From Vicugna vicugna (lineage: Eukaryota), in the NCBI GenBank assembly GCA_013265495.1, contig MU061578.1, positions 4,661,308 through 4,725,307 on the forward strand: 64,000 nt of DNA, read 5' to 3'. Within the stretch, counting starts at the first letter, position 1, and each line of letters starts with the position of its first letter. Made by a program: the position numbers and the translations under genes. Under the pieces are notes generated by a model. The model searched no databases. It was not told the origin of the DNA and saw nothing but the letters and a program-made list of their open reading frames with translations. Below are positions 13,485-24,900 of this stretch, piece by piece.

Positions 13485-13738
13485 TTTTTTTTGTAACGAA
13501 TCTCTTTTTCTATTAAAAATCTGGCATCACTCAAACATGAATCTGATTAATTCCAAGATGTTCCAGGGCACAAGGGAGCCAATAGTGTCCGATCAGGAGG
13601 ACGCCTGGTGGTGGCAGCAGACCGGATTCCCAAGGCCGGGCCCCTCCCCGCTCCTGGAGACCCGAGCTGTTTGCTGCTGTAATCCTGGGCTTGCCAGGCT
13701 CAGGTATTAGCTTGGTTGACCGTTTTGGAGCAGAAGGT
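13485..13738 (-). pseudogene. Processed retrocopy of an unidentified short polyadenylated RNA
   Basis: GC-rich ~245-nt insert in AT-rich L1; poly(A) (T run 13483-13492); AATAGA 16 nt upstream; 11-nt TSD GTGGCAGTATT at 13474-13484 / 13739-13749. Confidence 0.8.
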
Positions 13739-14080
13739 GTGGCAGTATTAATACTGCAAAAATAGAACCTAAAGCAAAAGGATAGTAAATGGAAAGAGTC
13801 CCAATTTCTTTTTACACTAATTAAAGTTATATTCTGTGTAGAACATATAATGTACCATTGTGTTCTCAAAAGTAAAACATCTGCACACACTGCTAAAAAG
13901 AAACAAAATTCTTGTAGAAGACTTTATTACACCTTTCCTTGAGTTTTACAAATCAAGTAGACAATTTTTTAATTCAGTAAAGATACAGAGAATTTGAGCA
14001 GTTCACAAGCTCTACTTTATGTAACAGTATTTTGGCAAGATCCGGGAAATGATTAGGCAATAAAGTGGTCTTAGGAAACA

Positions 14081-14096
14081 CTGCCCCCTAGAGGTG
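14081..14096 (-). promoter_or_regulatory. Candidate CTCF site
   Basis: CACCTCTAGGGGGCAG on -, a close match to the CTCF core consensus. Confidence 0.6.
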
Positions 14097-14364
14097 CTCT
14101 GGGTCCTTTCACCGGCTAACCCCAAGGCATCTTGAGTCCAGCCGACAGCTGAAGTTTCCCCAAACCCTCCCTAACCCAGGGATGTTCACCTGAATAGAAG
14201 CCTAAAGAGCCATTCCCAGAGGATCTTCAGACAAGACTGAACATCCTGACAATCCATAAAATTGAAAGATAAATGTGGAAGTGAGGGATATCTTCATTAT
14301 CTTGATTGCAGTGATGGTTTCATGGGGATATATATATGTTAAAAATTATCAAATTGTACACTTT

Positions 14365-14465
14365 ATTTTTTTTAATTCTTTTTATAATGGAGGTACTGGG
14401 GATTGAGCCCAGGACCTCGTGCATGCTAAGCATGTGCTGTACCAATGAGCTATACCCACTCCTCC
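14365..14465 (-). mobile_element. tRNA-derived SINE (Vic-1-like)
   Basis: Reverse-complement copy of the same family; TSD CAAATTGTAC(A/T)CTTT at 14350-14364 / 14466-14480. Confidence 0.88.
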
Positions 14466-15689
14466 CAAATTGTACTCTTTAAGTATGTGCAGTCATTGGA
14501 CGTCAGTTAGACTATAATAAACTTGTTTCTTTAATATCTACTCATGCACAGTGACAAAAAGCAGGTCAGTGGTAGCCAAGAGCTAGGGACAGGGGAAGGA
14601 ATTACCGCAAAGAGGCATGGGGAAATCTGGGGAGTGATAAAAATGTTTTATATCATAAGTATGGTGATGGTTAAATAACTATATCTGTCAAAACTGACCA
14701 AATTGTTTGGTTAAAACTGATGAATATTATTGTACATAAATTATGCCCCCCAAAAGCTGATTTTAAAAAATCTAACTATGTAGAAATTAAAATACTTTAT
14801 TTTAAAGAACTTTTAATTTTAATTAAATTTTAATAATTTCAAGTAAAAATTAAAATCACATTATATAGACATGACTAGTAATGAGCATACATCTTACCAA
14901 ATCTGTGGGATGCAAAGTTATACATGGAGAGAAACTGATAACATCACTTTTTTTATTGTTGAGCGTGAAAAATCCAATCTAGTAGAAAAACTAAGCATTC
15001 ATGTCAACATTCTAGAAAAACAGCTCTAAAATAAACCAAGCAAAGTTGAAGGAAGGAAGTTAGAAAGCTAAGAGTATAAATTATTTATTCTGAAGAGTAC
15101 AATTGATTAATAAAATCAAGAGCTATTTTTAATATGCAAGGTTATTAAGATTTTTTTAAAAACCTGTAGTTGAAAGATTGATAAAAATAAAATACATTGT
15201 ATTAAGATTAAGAATGTAAGTTTATTCACAGAAATAAAGAGTCAAAAATTACAAGAGAAGATTATGTGCAATTTTTTGCCTAAAATTTTTTGTCTAAAAG
15301 TGTTAGAATAACACAAACTATAAAAACTGACTCCAGAAGAAATAAAAAACCCAAATAGACCAACAATAAAGGAAGAAATTGAAAATATATCAGAGCCAGG
15401 CCAGAAAGATACTTAGTCCAGATCTTTTTATGAAAATATCCTATCAGATGTGGAAAGATCAGATAGTCCTGATTTTATTTGTATTCTTAGAGAAAAAGGA
15501 TCACATCTCAATGTAATTTATGCATGCATAGGTATACAATGCGTTTAGTAGCATAATATGAATATGTAAACCAACTTGGACAAAGACAAGATAGACAAAT
15601 AAATCTACAGTCCAGTGATTCTTAGGTCTGTCTCAGCCACAGAACCCTTGTTTCAAACAAAGTCCCCAAATGGAAAACTTAAATGGAGC

Positions 15690-15888
15690 TCTATCAGCTG
15701 AACAATGGATCCCACAGATATTCAGGTTCTAATTCCCAGAACCTGCGAATGTTACCTTATATGGCAAAAGGGGCCATGTAGAAGTGATTAAATTAAAGAT
15801 CTTGACAGGGGAGAGTATAGCTCAGTGGTAGCATGCTTGCTTAGCACACATGAGGTACTGGGTTCAATCCCTAGTACCGCCATTAAAA

Positions 15889-15931
<43 letters not shown>

Positions 15932-16385
15932 ACCCAATTACCTCCCCCTAAAACATTAGAAAAATAAATTTAAAAAATTAATTAAAGATCTTGAGATGGG
16001 GGATGACCCTGGACTATCCAGGTGGACCCCAAGTGTAATTCCAAATATTCTTAGAAGATGGCAATTTGATAGCAGAAGATGATCCTTAGAAGACGGAGAT
16101 TTGATAGCAGAAGATGAGAAGATCAGGTGTCCATAGAAATGGAAATTGGAGTGATGTAGCCATGAGCCAAGGAAAGCTGGAGGCTACTAGAAGCTGAAGA
16201 GGCAAGGATTCTGCCCTGGAGCCCCGAGAAGGAACCAGTCTTGCTGACACTTTGTCTTTAGCCCTGTTTATGTCTCATCTCACATTTCTGGTCTCTCGAG
16301 TATAGGATGATAAATTTGAGTTGTTTTGTGCTACTGTACTTGTGGAAATTTGTCACAGCAGCAATAGGAAACTCATTCAGGAGCC
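15690..16385 (+). mobile_element. MaLR LTR (MLT1-type), interrupted by a SINE and carrying a ~35-bp tandem duplication (16050-16118)
   Basis: CCCAGAACCTGCGAATGTTACCTTATATGGCAAAAGGG...GCTGACAC...ACAGCAGCAATAGGAAACT, typical MLT1 text. Confidence 0.8.
15806..15979 (+). mobile_element. tRNA-derived SINE (Vic-1-like) with expanded (TAAA)n tail
   Basis: A/B boxes; (TAAA)n ~15889-15932; TSD AATTAAAGATCTTGA at 15791-15805 / 15980-15994; inserted in a MaLR LTR. Confidence 0.9.
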
Positions 16386-16518
16386 ACTGCCAACCTAATA
16401 GTAGTTACCCCTGCAGGACAGGATCTAGGGGAATGAAGACTTTTATTCTTGCCTTGCTCTTTTGTGTTGTTGACATGCCCACAAAACTGATATTATTTTT
16501 ATAATTAAGAAAAAAAGA

Positions 16519-16645
16519 GGGAGGAGGATATAGCTCAGTGGCAGGGTATATGCCTAGCATGCGTGAGGACCTGGGTTCAATCTCCAGTACCTCCATTAAA
16601 TAAATAAATAAACCTAATTACCTCCCCCCAATAACAACAGCAAGA
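16519..16645 (+). mobile_element. tRNA-derived SINE (Vic-1-like)
   Basis: ATATAGCTCAGTGG...GGGTTCAATCTCCAGTACCTCCATTAAATAAA...AACCTAATTACCTCCCCC. Confidence 0.88.
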
Positions 16646-18434
16646 TAAGAAAGGAAGGAAGGAAGAAGAGAGACAGTGCAAAGGAAGAACTTGGCCCACT
16701 CCAGGGGCAGCCAGTGCTCAGACTTCAGTGGTTGTCATGGTTACTCGAATGCCTCCCCCGCTAGGAGGCCACATGTTGCACTCAGGAGCTATGAGGCAGC
16801 TGGGAGAGCTCTGTGCCACCCGAGCTTGCCCACATACGGCCTCAGTATAGGGTCTGGATCACGGCGAGGCCTCCCTCTGACCCTCTCCTCTGCAGTTGGA
16901 GCATTTTGTGTCCTGAGACTGCTTAGAGTACTCAGGTGTGAGTACCCGAGCAGCTGTGGGAGGCAAGGACAGAGAGCAAACCTTGCATCCACACCTGAAA
17001 GGAAACAGCCCTCTGCTCCAGCCCTCCTACCAAATGGTCCTTTTCCCCTCAAGCAGGGATGGACACCCACCCCTTACTGCCTACTGGGCCTCAGTGTGAC
17101 AAGGCAGAATGTGGGGCAAGTGGGTATGTCCTCTTGGGAGCAGGACACTCAATGTGGCCCCTGTGCACCCAGGCATCTGGAGGTGGTGAGGGGTGTACTT
17201 TGACATGACCCATTTCCTCAGGTGACTTGGTTCTCCTCTTTCGGGTGGAAGTCACATTCAGCGCTGCTGCAGTTCCTCTCTGACGTCTCCATGGCAACGT
17301 TCACGCTGATTTCATGGAACATAAGGTGTTTGAGCTGGAAGGGACCTTGGAGATCAGCTCCTCCCGCCCCCTCATTTCACAGAGAGGGGAGCAGGCTCAG
17401 AGAAGGTATGCCACATGCACGGGGTCACCCAGCAAGCCAGGGACCCAGCCAGGGCCTCTGCTTTGTGGCACATTCCCAGCCAGTGTCCCTTTCCCTAAGA
17501 TTGCATATAGCTGAATTCCTTAGGAGATTGTCTTCTTAGGAGGCACTCTGGGGGCACAAGTTTGGGGGCATTGCCACTCCTCCATTGCTAAAGGACCCTG
17601 AAGTGCAGCATAGCTCTGTCCTGCTCACAGTTCTCCATTCAGTGCTTGGTGAGGGTAGGAGCTGGCAGACTGGTGCAGAGGCAGCACAGTCCCCTAGGAA
17701 CCACTGGAGAGCAAACGTGAGTCCACGTGAGTATTCATGGAGGAAGAGTAGGGGGTGGAAGGAGCCAGGGGGAAGGGGATTGGGGAGGGGACTCCAAGCA
17801 GAGACTGAAAGGTCATCAAGAAGGACTCTCATTCCTGCCCAAGTCCTCCTGGCTTGAGGGTCATACCCTGTGGGTAAGTGGAATGTAAGTATGAAACTGA
17901 AGGGCTTGAAAATTCGGATTCCAGAGGGACTTTCCCAGGCCATAGGTCCCAGAGGGTGCTTGTGTCTGGGGACTCATGGCACACACCACTCCAGGATGGG
18001 AGGGTCAGACACACAGAAGGGCAAATCAGAAGGCACTGTGCAGGAGCTGAGGGCCCTAGATGTGAAGGGACCAGGAATCCGGGCCATCAGAGGGTGCTGA
18101 TGGGGTGAAGTTCCAGAAGTGAGGCTTGGGGTTGTTCCATCCCTTTGCTGGGACATGGAACCATGTAGACCCTCCCCTGACCAGCAGAGCCAGCCCTATG
18201 CCAGAAGGGCTGAGGGCTGTGGTACCCTCCCCAGGGGGATACAGTCCTCAAGCCTCACCTCTACCTCAGCCTCAGGGCTCGCTTCAACTCCAAACCCTGC
18301 CTCAGGGACCTACCCTGGCCCGTAAGGGGTCTTCTCTCTAGATCTGAAGACCCGAGTATCTGGACATCACCTGGTCCAGCTGGAGCCACCCTCCTGACCT
18401 TTCCCATCAAATTGGCCCCTTTTCCCCCTTGCTG

Positions 18435-18850
18435 TGTCTCTATTCTAGGTATCTCTTGCTGTATAAAAGACATCCCCAAATGCTTGAGTCTGCACTGTGG
18501 GCAAGTCTCAGTGGGGATGGCTTACCTCTGTTCTGCATGGAATCTGCCAAGTTGTTCTCTTTACTCACATGGCTGACAAGTGGGGTCCTTCCCACCTGGG
18601 CTTCTCCATGGGGTGACTTGGGCTTTCTTACAGTATGGCAGCTGGGTTCCAAGAATGAGTGCTCCCAGAGACAGGAAGGGAGAGCTGCCAAAGTGTAAGG
18701 TCTGGGTCCTGAAACAGGCATAGGGTCACTTCTGCCGTATCTATTGCTCAAAGCGATCACAGCCCCTACCTTGACCCCAGGGCAAGAGATACAGATTGTC
18801 CCCATCTTGGGAGAAGTAGCAAAGAATTTTCCCTTTTAATTCATCTCAGC
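18435..18850 (-). mobile_element. MaLR LTR (older MLT1-type)
   Basis: CTCACATGGCTGACAAG...CAGTATGGCAGCTGGGTTCCAAGA...GTCACTTCTGCCGTAT, typical of MLT1 reverse strand. Confidence 0.65.
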
Positions 18851-20319
18851 ACCCCGCTGTCTCTGCCGCATGGGCTCTAACTCTTCCTTGCCTCACCTCT
18901 AGGCCTGCAGATTCTGCCTCTCCTGGAGGTTCCCTCTGTCCCCATTATTTCCCCATGGATTACTGCAGTCCTCCTCAAACTCATTTCCCCATCCCCAGGC
19001 TGCACCATCCACCGCCTCCTGGCCACTCCCTATATTCCTAAAGCAGTGCCCTCTCTCTGTTGCCCTGCTCAGAAACCACGCATGTCTCCCTATTTCTCAC
19101 TGAACACTTTCCAAGCTCCTAGGCAAAACATTCAAATTCACCTTACAATCTAGCCCCGTCCCATTTCCTCCAAGCACCTGGACCACACTTTGGCCTCTTC
19201 TGCTCAAAGTTCCTACGTACTGGCACTCCAAGCCTGCACATATTCACTCTCGCCACCTGGCAAGTTTCTCTATCTCCACTCCTGTTGGACTCCTGCTCAA
19301 TCTTCAAAGCCCACTGCAAATGCCCCTGCTCCACAAAGCCTTACTCTCATTACTTATCACATTAGTCTTATTTTCATTGCATGTTGAGGCATGTTCTGGC
19401 TTAAATCCTCATTAGCAATGACGTGTTCCCTTGAAGTTGGGCCCGTGTTTCTAACTCATATTTCTTTCACCAATTTAATTGTTTATTGAGGCCTGGAGCC
19501 AGCTGCTAGGGATATGACAGTAACCAAGACAAGCTGCTTCCTGTGTCCAGAGAGCTTACATTCCAGAGGGTGAGACAGATGGCAAATAGAAGAACCAAGA
19601 GACATAATGATCAAAGATTAGGAGATATGCTGGAAGGCAAGAAAGGCAGGCGGGGTGCTGTGACCCAGGGACCCAGAATTTCCTCTTTTCAAGAGCAACC
19701 AGAGACCTGGATTTCTACATACTCTCCTAATTTTAAAGGTTGCAAGGTCAATTTTTCTCCTCTGCTGCTCTCAGCTTCCCTCCTTTCCTAGCTTCTCACT
19801 CTCTCTAGAATACCTGCTTCTCTTCTTCCTAGTTACCCCACCAGCACTCCTCCCCCAACTTAGGGTGCCCTACCTGCAGCACCACCCCTAAGACACTCAA
19901 ACTCCTCTGCGGCTCCAAGGCCCTGGGCATGCTCTGGCAGCAGCTAGCAGGAGGATATCCACAGGGAGCCCACTGCCTAGGATGCTGGGGCCAGTGAGTA
20001 TTGGCTAGCTGAGATCCTGAGCCAGCCACCCTGAAGTTGGCCTCCTGGAGGTGAGACACCTGGAGTCCCCATGGCCACAGCATTGGGAGCCCAGCATCCC
20101 GAGGCCTCTGTAGACTAACTACACATCTAGACATCGACCTGGAAGAAGTGGGGAGCCAGAGGAGTGAGACAGGAAAGGAGGTGGGGGGCCCTCAGAAGAC
20201 TTCCTCAGATTGGCCCCCCTGCTCTGATATGGCCATGAGGGATAGGTCTCCACCTTTAGGGACCCCCTGGGCAAACCCTGCCAGGGGAGAGTATATGCTT
20301 TCCGGAGCCAGTTCCCAGA

Positions 20320-20480
20320 TACAAATCCTGGCTCTGCCACTTCCTGGCTGGGACCTTGGACAGCTCCCTTCCCCTCTCCAGGCCTCAGTTTCCCATCTAA
20401 ACATGGGGAATCATAGCAGCACCCACCTCATAGAATAGTTTTGAAGATGACATGTACCTGGCACACAGTGGTTCTTGGTA
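20320..20480 (+). mobile_element. MIR SINE
   Basis: AATCCTGGCTCTGCCACTTCCTGGCTG...GCCTCAGTTTCCCATCT MIR core. Confidence 0.75.
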
Positions 20481-21788
20481 AAGGGCAGCTTTCCACAGCC
20501 TCTCCTGTGTAGGGCCCTGCCAGGCCCTCTCGAGGAATTGCTTTGCTGAGCAACATCCTTCCATCTATGTTTTCCAAGACCTCTGAATCTGAGAGGCAGC
20601 TTCTGCCCATTGTAATTATTTTGGCTCTGGGTATTGCCGGCTGAGAGAGCTCAGGCCTCTGAAGGGCCCAGGGTCCTGGTGACAGCTGTCATGTCTCAGG
20701 CCGGAGGAGTACAGAGCAGGGGGTGCTGCCCTTCGTCTGCACCTACTGCTCCCAAGCCCTGGGAGAGGGGCATCTTGGCTTACCACTCCCAGGATTGCAA
20801 GACCAACTCAGCCTCATTCTCAAAACCCAGAGCATCTTGGGTGGGAGTCCTGGTACAGAGTCCCAGGCAGCCCAGGTAGGGAGCTGGTGTCAGGCCCTGG
20901 AGAGGGGTTTGGATGATCAGCAATTGGAAGCACTAGAAAGTTAAGGGGCCAGCCACAGCCCAGCGCAGGGGCCTCCGATCTCCTTCACCTCCCAGACCCC
21001 CGAGGGCAGAGCCCCAGGGGAGGGGACCCTCAGAGGGCAGGCTACCAGATGTGACACTGACTTCCCTTTCCCCAAGGATCCTGAAGCTTCAGCCCCGGGA
21101 GAAGAATCTGCGGGGGAGAACGCCCTTCAGGCTCATCCCTGCCGCTCAGCCTGGCCGCTGTATCCTGTCCGTGATAACCAGCTGTCAGCAGAGCCCTAAG
21201 TGGTGGGGCGCACCCGGGTTTGTTTGCCAAGCTCGAGTGTTGGAGCTTCGTGGACCCGCCTGCCCTGGAAGAGAGTGGGGCGGTGCCTCAGCAGGCCAGG
21301 TGGCATCTCTGGTTGAGAAGGGACAGAACGCCGGGGTGCCTACCCCATGCAGGCCCACTGCCTCACTGCCCGCACCTCAGGGCACTTTCCTCGTCCCAGG
21401 CCAGGAGGGGATCCAGTGGAGGTCACTAGGCAAGGGGCAGCGCGGGGCAGAGTGGAGCACAACAAGCAGAGGAGTTACAGAATGCCGGGTGCTCCGTCAC
21501 CCAGGTCCACCGCCCCACACCCGCACCCAAGCATAGACTCAGCTATAGAGCTGCGTCGCGGCGCCTAGGGCGGGGTGGGAACTGCCCCCAACCCAGCAGA
21601 GGCGCCGAGATCCCGCGCACCCAGCGCAGAGCCTGAGCCTCCTGACCCCGCCCCCGGGGCGGCCAACTTATTGGCATGGCCCCGCCCCAGGCTGGCCATT
21701 GGTGGCGGCGGCGAGAGGCCTGTCCTGAGTGGCTGCGGGGTTGTGGGGCGGCGGGGGCGGGGCGGCGCTGAGCGGAGCGCCCGGGATG

Positions 21789-21815
21789 CCGCCGCCGCCG
21801 CCGCCGCCGCCGCCG
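21789..21815 (+). repeat. (CCG)9 trinucleotide repeat in the RAB26 5' region
   Basis: Direct read, immediately after an ATG at 21786. Confidence 0.95.
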
Positions 21816-21907
21816 GACGGCTTCAGCTTCGGGTCCAGGTCTGACTCCGAGGGCACGGGGAGCAGGGCGGCCCGGGGCGCGGCGGCTGCAGCAGGAGCGC
21901 ACTGAGC

Positions 21908-21955
21908 GCCCGCCAGCCCGCCAGCCCGCCAGCCCGCCAGCCCGCCAGCCCGCCA
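21908..21955 (+). repeat. (GCCCGCCA)x6 perfect octamer tandem repeat abutting the RAB26 start codon
   Basis: Six exact units followed by GCC-ATG. Confidence 0.95.
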
Positions 21956-21958
21956 GCC

Positions 21959-24900
21959 ATGTCCAGGAAAAAGACCCCCAAGAGCAAAGGGGGCAGCGCG
22001 CCGGCTACCTCCGCACTGCCCGCCGCCAACGGGCCCCGGCCGGTGCGCCCCGGGACTGCGCGCCCCGGCTCCAAGACGTCGCCCAACGGGCTCCCGCAGC
22101 AGGGCCGGTCTTCGCTTGGCGGCGGCGGCGACTTCTACGACGTCGCCTTCAAGGTGAGCCGAGTACCCCTAGCCCCATGCGAGAGCAGCAGGTGGCGTGA
22201 GGCCCGAGCCGAGCGGGGAGAGGGATCGCGGGAAAGGGAGCAGGGCCCTGTGGACCTTCAGCGCGGAGCTGGTTCCAGCAGCAGCGCGGAGCTGGCTGCA
22301 GCAGCACCCCGCAGCTGGCACGGCTGGTGCGGTGCATCGCACGCACACGCATACACAGCTGTCAAACCTGGTCTTGGGATACCCAACATCTGGCAAGGCC
22401 TGCCCCCTACCCAGCTGGCTGGGCCGGACAAGAGTTCTTGCGGAAGTCAGAGCCTGGCAGATGTCCTACTCCTTAATACTCCTGCCCCCACCCAGGCCCC
22501 AGTCTCATCATTTCCCATATGCTGTGTTCTGTTACCTCTCAGGGTCTTTGGGTCTCCTCTTTTTAGTGGGAGAGACTAAGAACAGCTTTGCCAGCTGGGT
22601 GGGGAGTGCTAGGGCCTCTTTCAGGCCAAGGCAGAAGCTATCGTGAATTGTGGGGGGCTGGGGTGGCAGGACCATCTTTGGGTTTTGGAGATTTTGGCAA
22701 CAGGCCAGGGGAGGAGAGCGGGTGGTGGGGGGAGGCCTGACTGCTCCTCCTTGTCCACAGACATGGCCTCAGCCCCTCCTCACACCAAGATTTGACCCTC
22801 ATTTGGCAACTTCCTCTAGAGTCTTACTGGCATTGGAAGAAGCCTCCTGGCACAGAGGCCTCTCAGGAGGTCCCCAAGTTCTGCTCCCCACTAAGCCCTA
22901 AATGCTCCCCTTCTAGATCACGCAAGGTGTCCAGGTAGCGCCCTGGATGTAGGCAGCTGCTCCCACTCCCCACTGATTGAGATGAGCCATTATTCAGTAC
23001 AGAGGGGACAGAACCTTCTAGAGGTGGGAACTGGAGGCCCGGGCCCTGTGTCTCCCCCAGGCCCTGCTGAACCTGCAGACCTAGGATACCTCCCTCTACT
23101 CCTGCCCCTCACCCACAGCCCCTTTGTGATCAGGCCAGTTTTGGGAAGACTAGATACCTTTTGGGCCAGTCCCCAAGTCCCATCTGCCCCCACTTCGTGC
23201 CCCAGGTCATGCTGGTGGGGGACTCGGGCGTGGGGAAGACCTGCGTACTGGTGCGCTTCAAGGATGGGGCTTTCCTGGCAGGAACCTTCATCTCCACCGT
23301 GGGCATCGACTTCCGGGTAAGAGTGGAGGCTGATGTCTCAAGCACTGACTGGGCCCAGCCATGCCCTGGGCCCTAACACCAGCTCACTGGGTTTTAACAA
23401 CACCCCTGGGCATTTGGTTCTCCATTATCCCTGTGGCACAGACAGGCTCAAGAGATGGAGCTCCCGACTGAGGTGTCCCACCTCAGCCACCTGACTCCCA
23501 CGGTCAGTGTGGCTGAGGTGGGACACCTTAACCACCAAGCTGCCTGCCTCCTGACACCCCAAGTGTCTTGGAGACTGGTGGTGGCTGTATCTGACTGAAG
23601 CAGAGATGATACCCCTGTGCCCAGGACTGGCATGATCTTGGGGGCTGTATCTTGTGCCTTGTGGGGAATGGGTGCTGGTGCTCCTACGGTGGTGGCTATC
23701 AGTGGGAACTCAAGATCCATATCCACTCAGGAGGCCGGCATCACTGCCCCATTGTACCGGGGGCCCTGAGGTGCCCGGTGGCCTGCAAGACAGGTGGCTC
23801 TGGTACTCAAGCACACACCCTGTCCCAGAGCTGGGGAGAAGTCCCTGCCCTTGGTTGGGTGAGGAGACTCATGGGAAATGCACCCACCTGGCTGTTTTCC
23901 CCTGCCAAAGCCAATCACCACCTTATCCCCTGCCAAAGAGCCATGTCCTGGGGTCCTTCTGGAGGGGTGACCCTGGACTCTTGGCTCCCCAAGAGCCACT
24001 CCAGCACCCCAAGCAGCCTGTGGAGTCACAGGGGAACGATGGTGGCCACAGCCCTAGGCCTGTGGGGCTCTGGCATCAGTCTTAATTCCGCGTGCCAAGG
24101 TGCTGGTGTGTTCTCAGCAAATCCCAAATTTGCATTTTCTCACCCTTTAATTAGACCCAGTCAGCAGAAGGCTGGGAGAGAGGCTCATTGGGGGACTGGG
24201 AAGGGGGGTTCCCTCCAGTCTGGGGAGCTGCTCTCTGCCCTGTGTGGGGAGGAAGAGCCCCTCAAGTCCTCTCAGGTGAAGTAAGGGTTGAAATACCAGA
24301 AGGGGGAGGTGTAGGCCTGGCCCTTTGCCTGTTCTGGCCTCACCTCCCCGCTTCTCACTTCCCTCTTGGCTCTGGGGGCAGGTGGTGAGGGAGGTGAGGC
24401 TGTGTGGTTCACACCCCCGCTCAGGGTGCCAGGGAAGGCGGGGTGTCCTCCCCATCCTCCCTGCAGCTGGGCAGATGGCTGCTCTTGGTTCCCAGGAGAC
24501 CCAGAAGCACCCTGACAGCAGGAGCTCAGCAAAGAGGGAGGTGGTGAGGATCCTGCCACCTGGGGCCTCTGCTGGTGGTTAGTAGCCCCCTGCCCCCACC
24601 CTGGCAGATAGGAACTGGGGTTGGGCCCCTCCCTGTCTCTAGTCTTGAATTGGGAGGGCCAGTTAGGGAGCATTGCCAGCCAGCAAGCACATATCAAACA
24701 TCCACTGGGTACCAGGCCAAGTTCTGGACACTGCTAACTGCTTTGGGCCCCGTCCTCAGGGAGCTGCCTGCCGTCTGAGCTGGGAGAGGGGCTATTAAAT
24801 CACAACAAACCCTTCAGCCCTACTCTGGGCCAGACTCAGTTCTCAGTGCTTTGCATGTAGTAGATCTGAAAGTAACTGGAGCAGTCATACAATGGGCACC

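Larger units (their letters stand above)
12850..15620 (+). mobile_element. Mosaic of ancient L1 fragments (ORF2-derived and 3' ends) with later insertions
   Basis: Abrupt AT-rich, A-biased domain with L1 ORF2-like phrases (AATAAATGTAAAT..., AAACTGACTCCAGAAGAAATA...AATAGACCAA). Confidence 0.7.
21480..22360. promoter_or_regulatory. RAB26 CpG-island promoter / exon 1
   Basis: CpG-dense; GC boxes (GGGGCGGGG ~21754), inverted CCAAT boxes (ATTGG ~21670, ~21698), (CCG)n tract. Confidence 0.8.

Noticed and set aside
8818..16645. Four tRNA-like sequences as real tRNA genes
   Set aside because: A-rich tails, TSDs, shared non-tRNA 3' tail and degenerate stems show they are SINEs.
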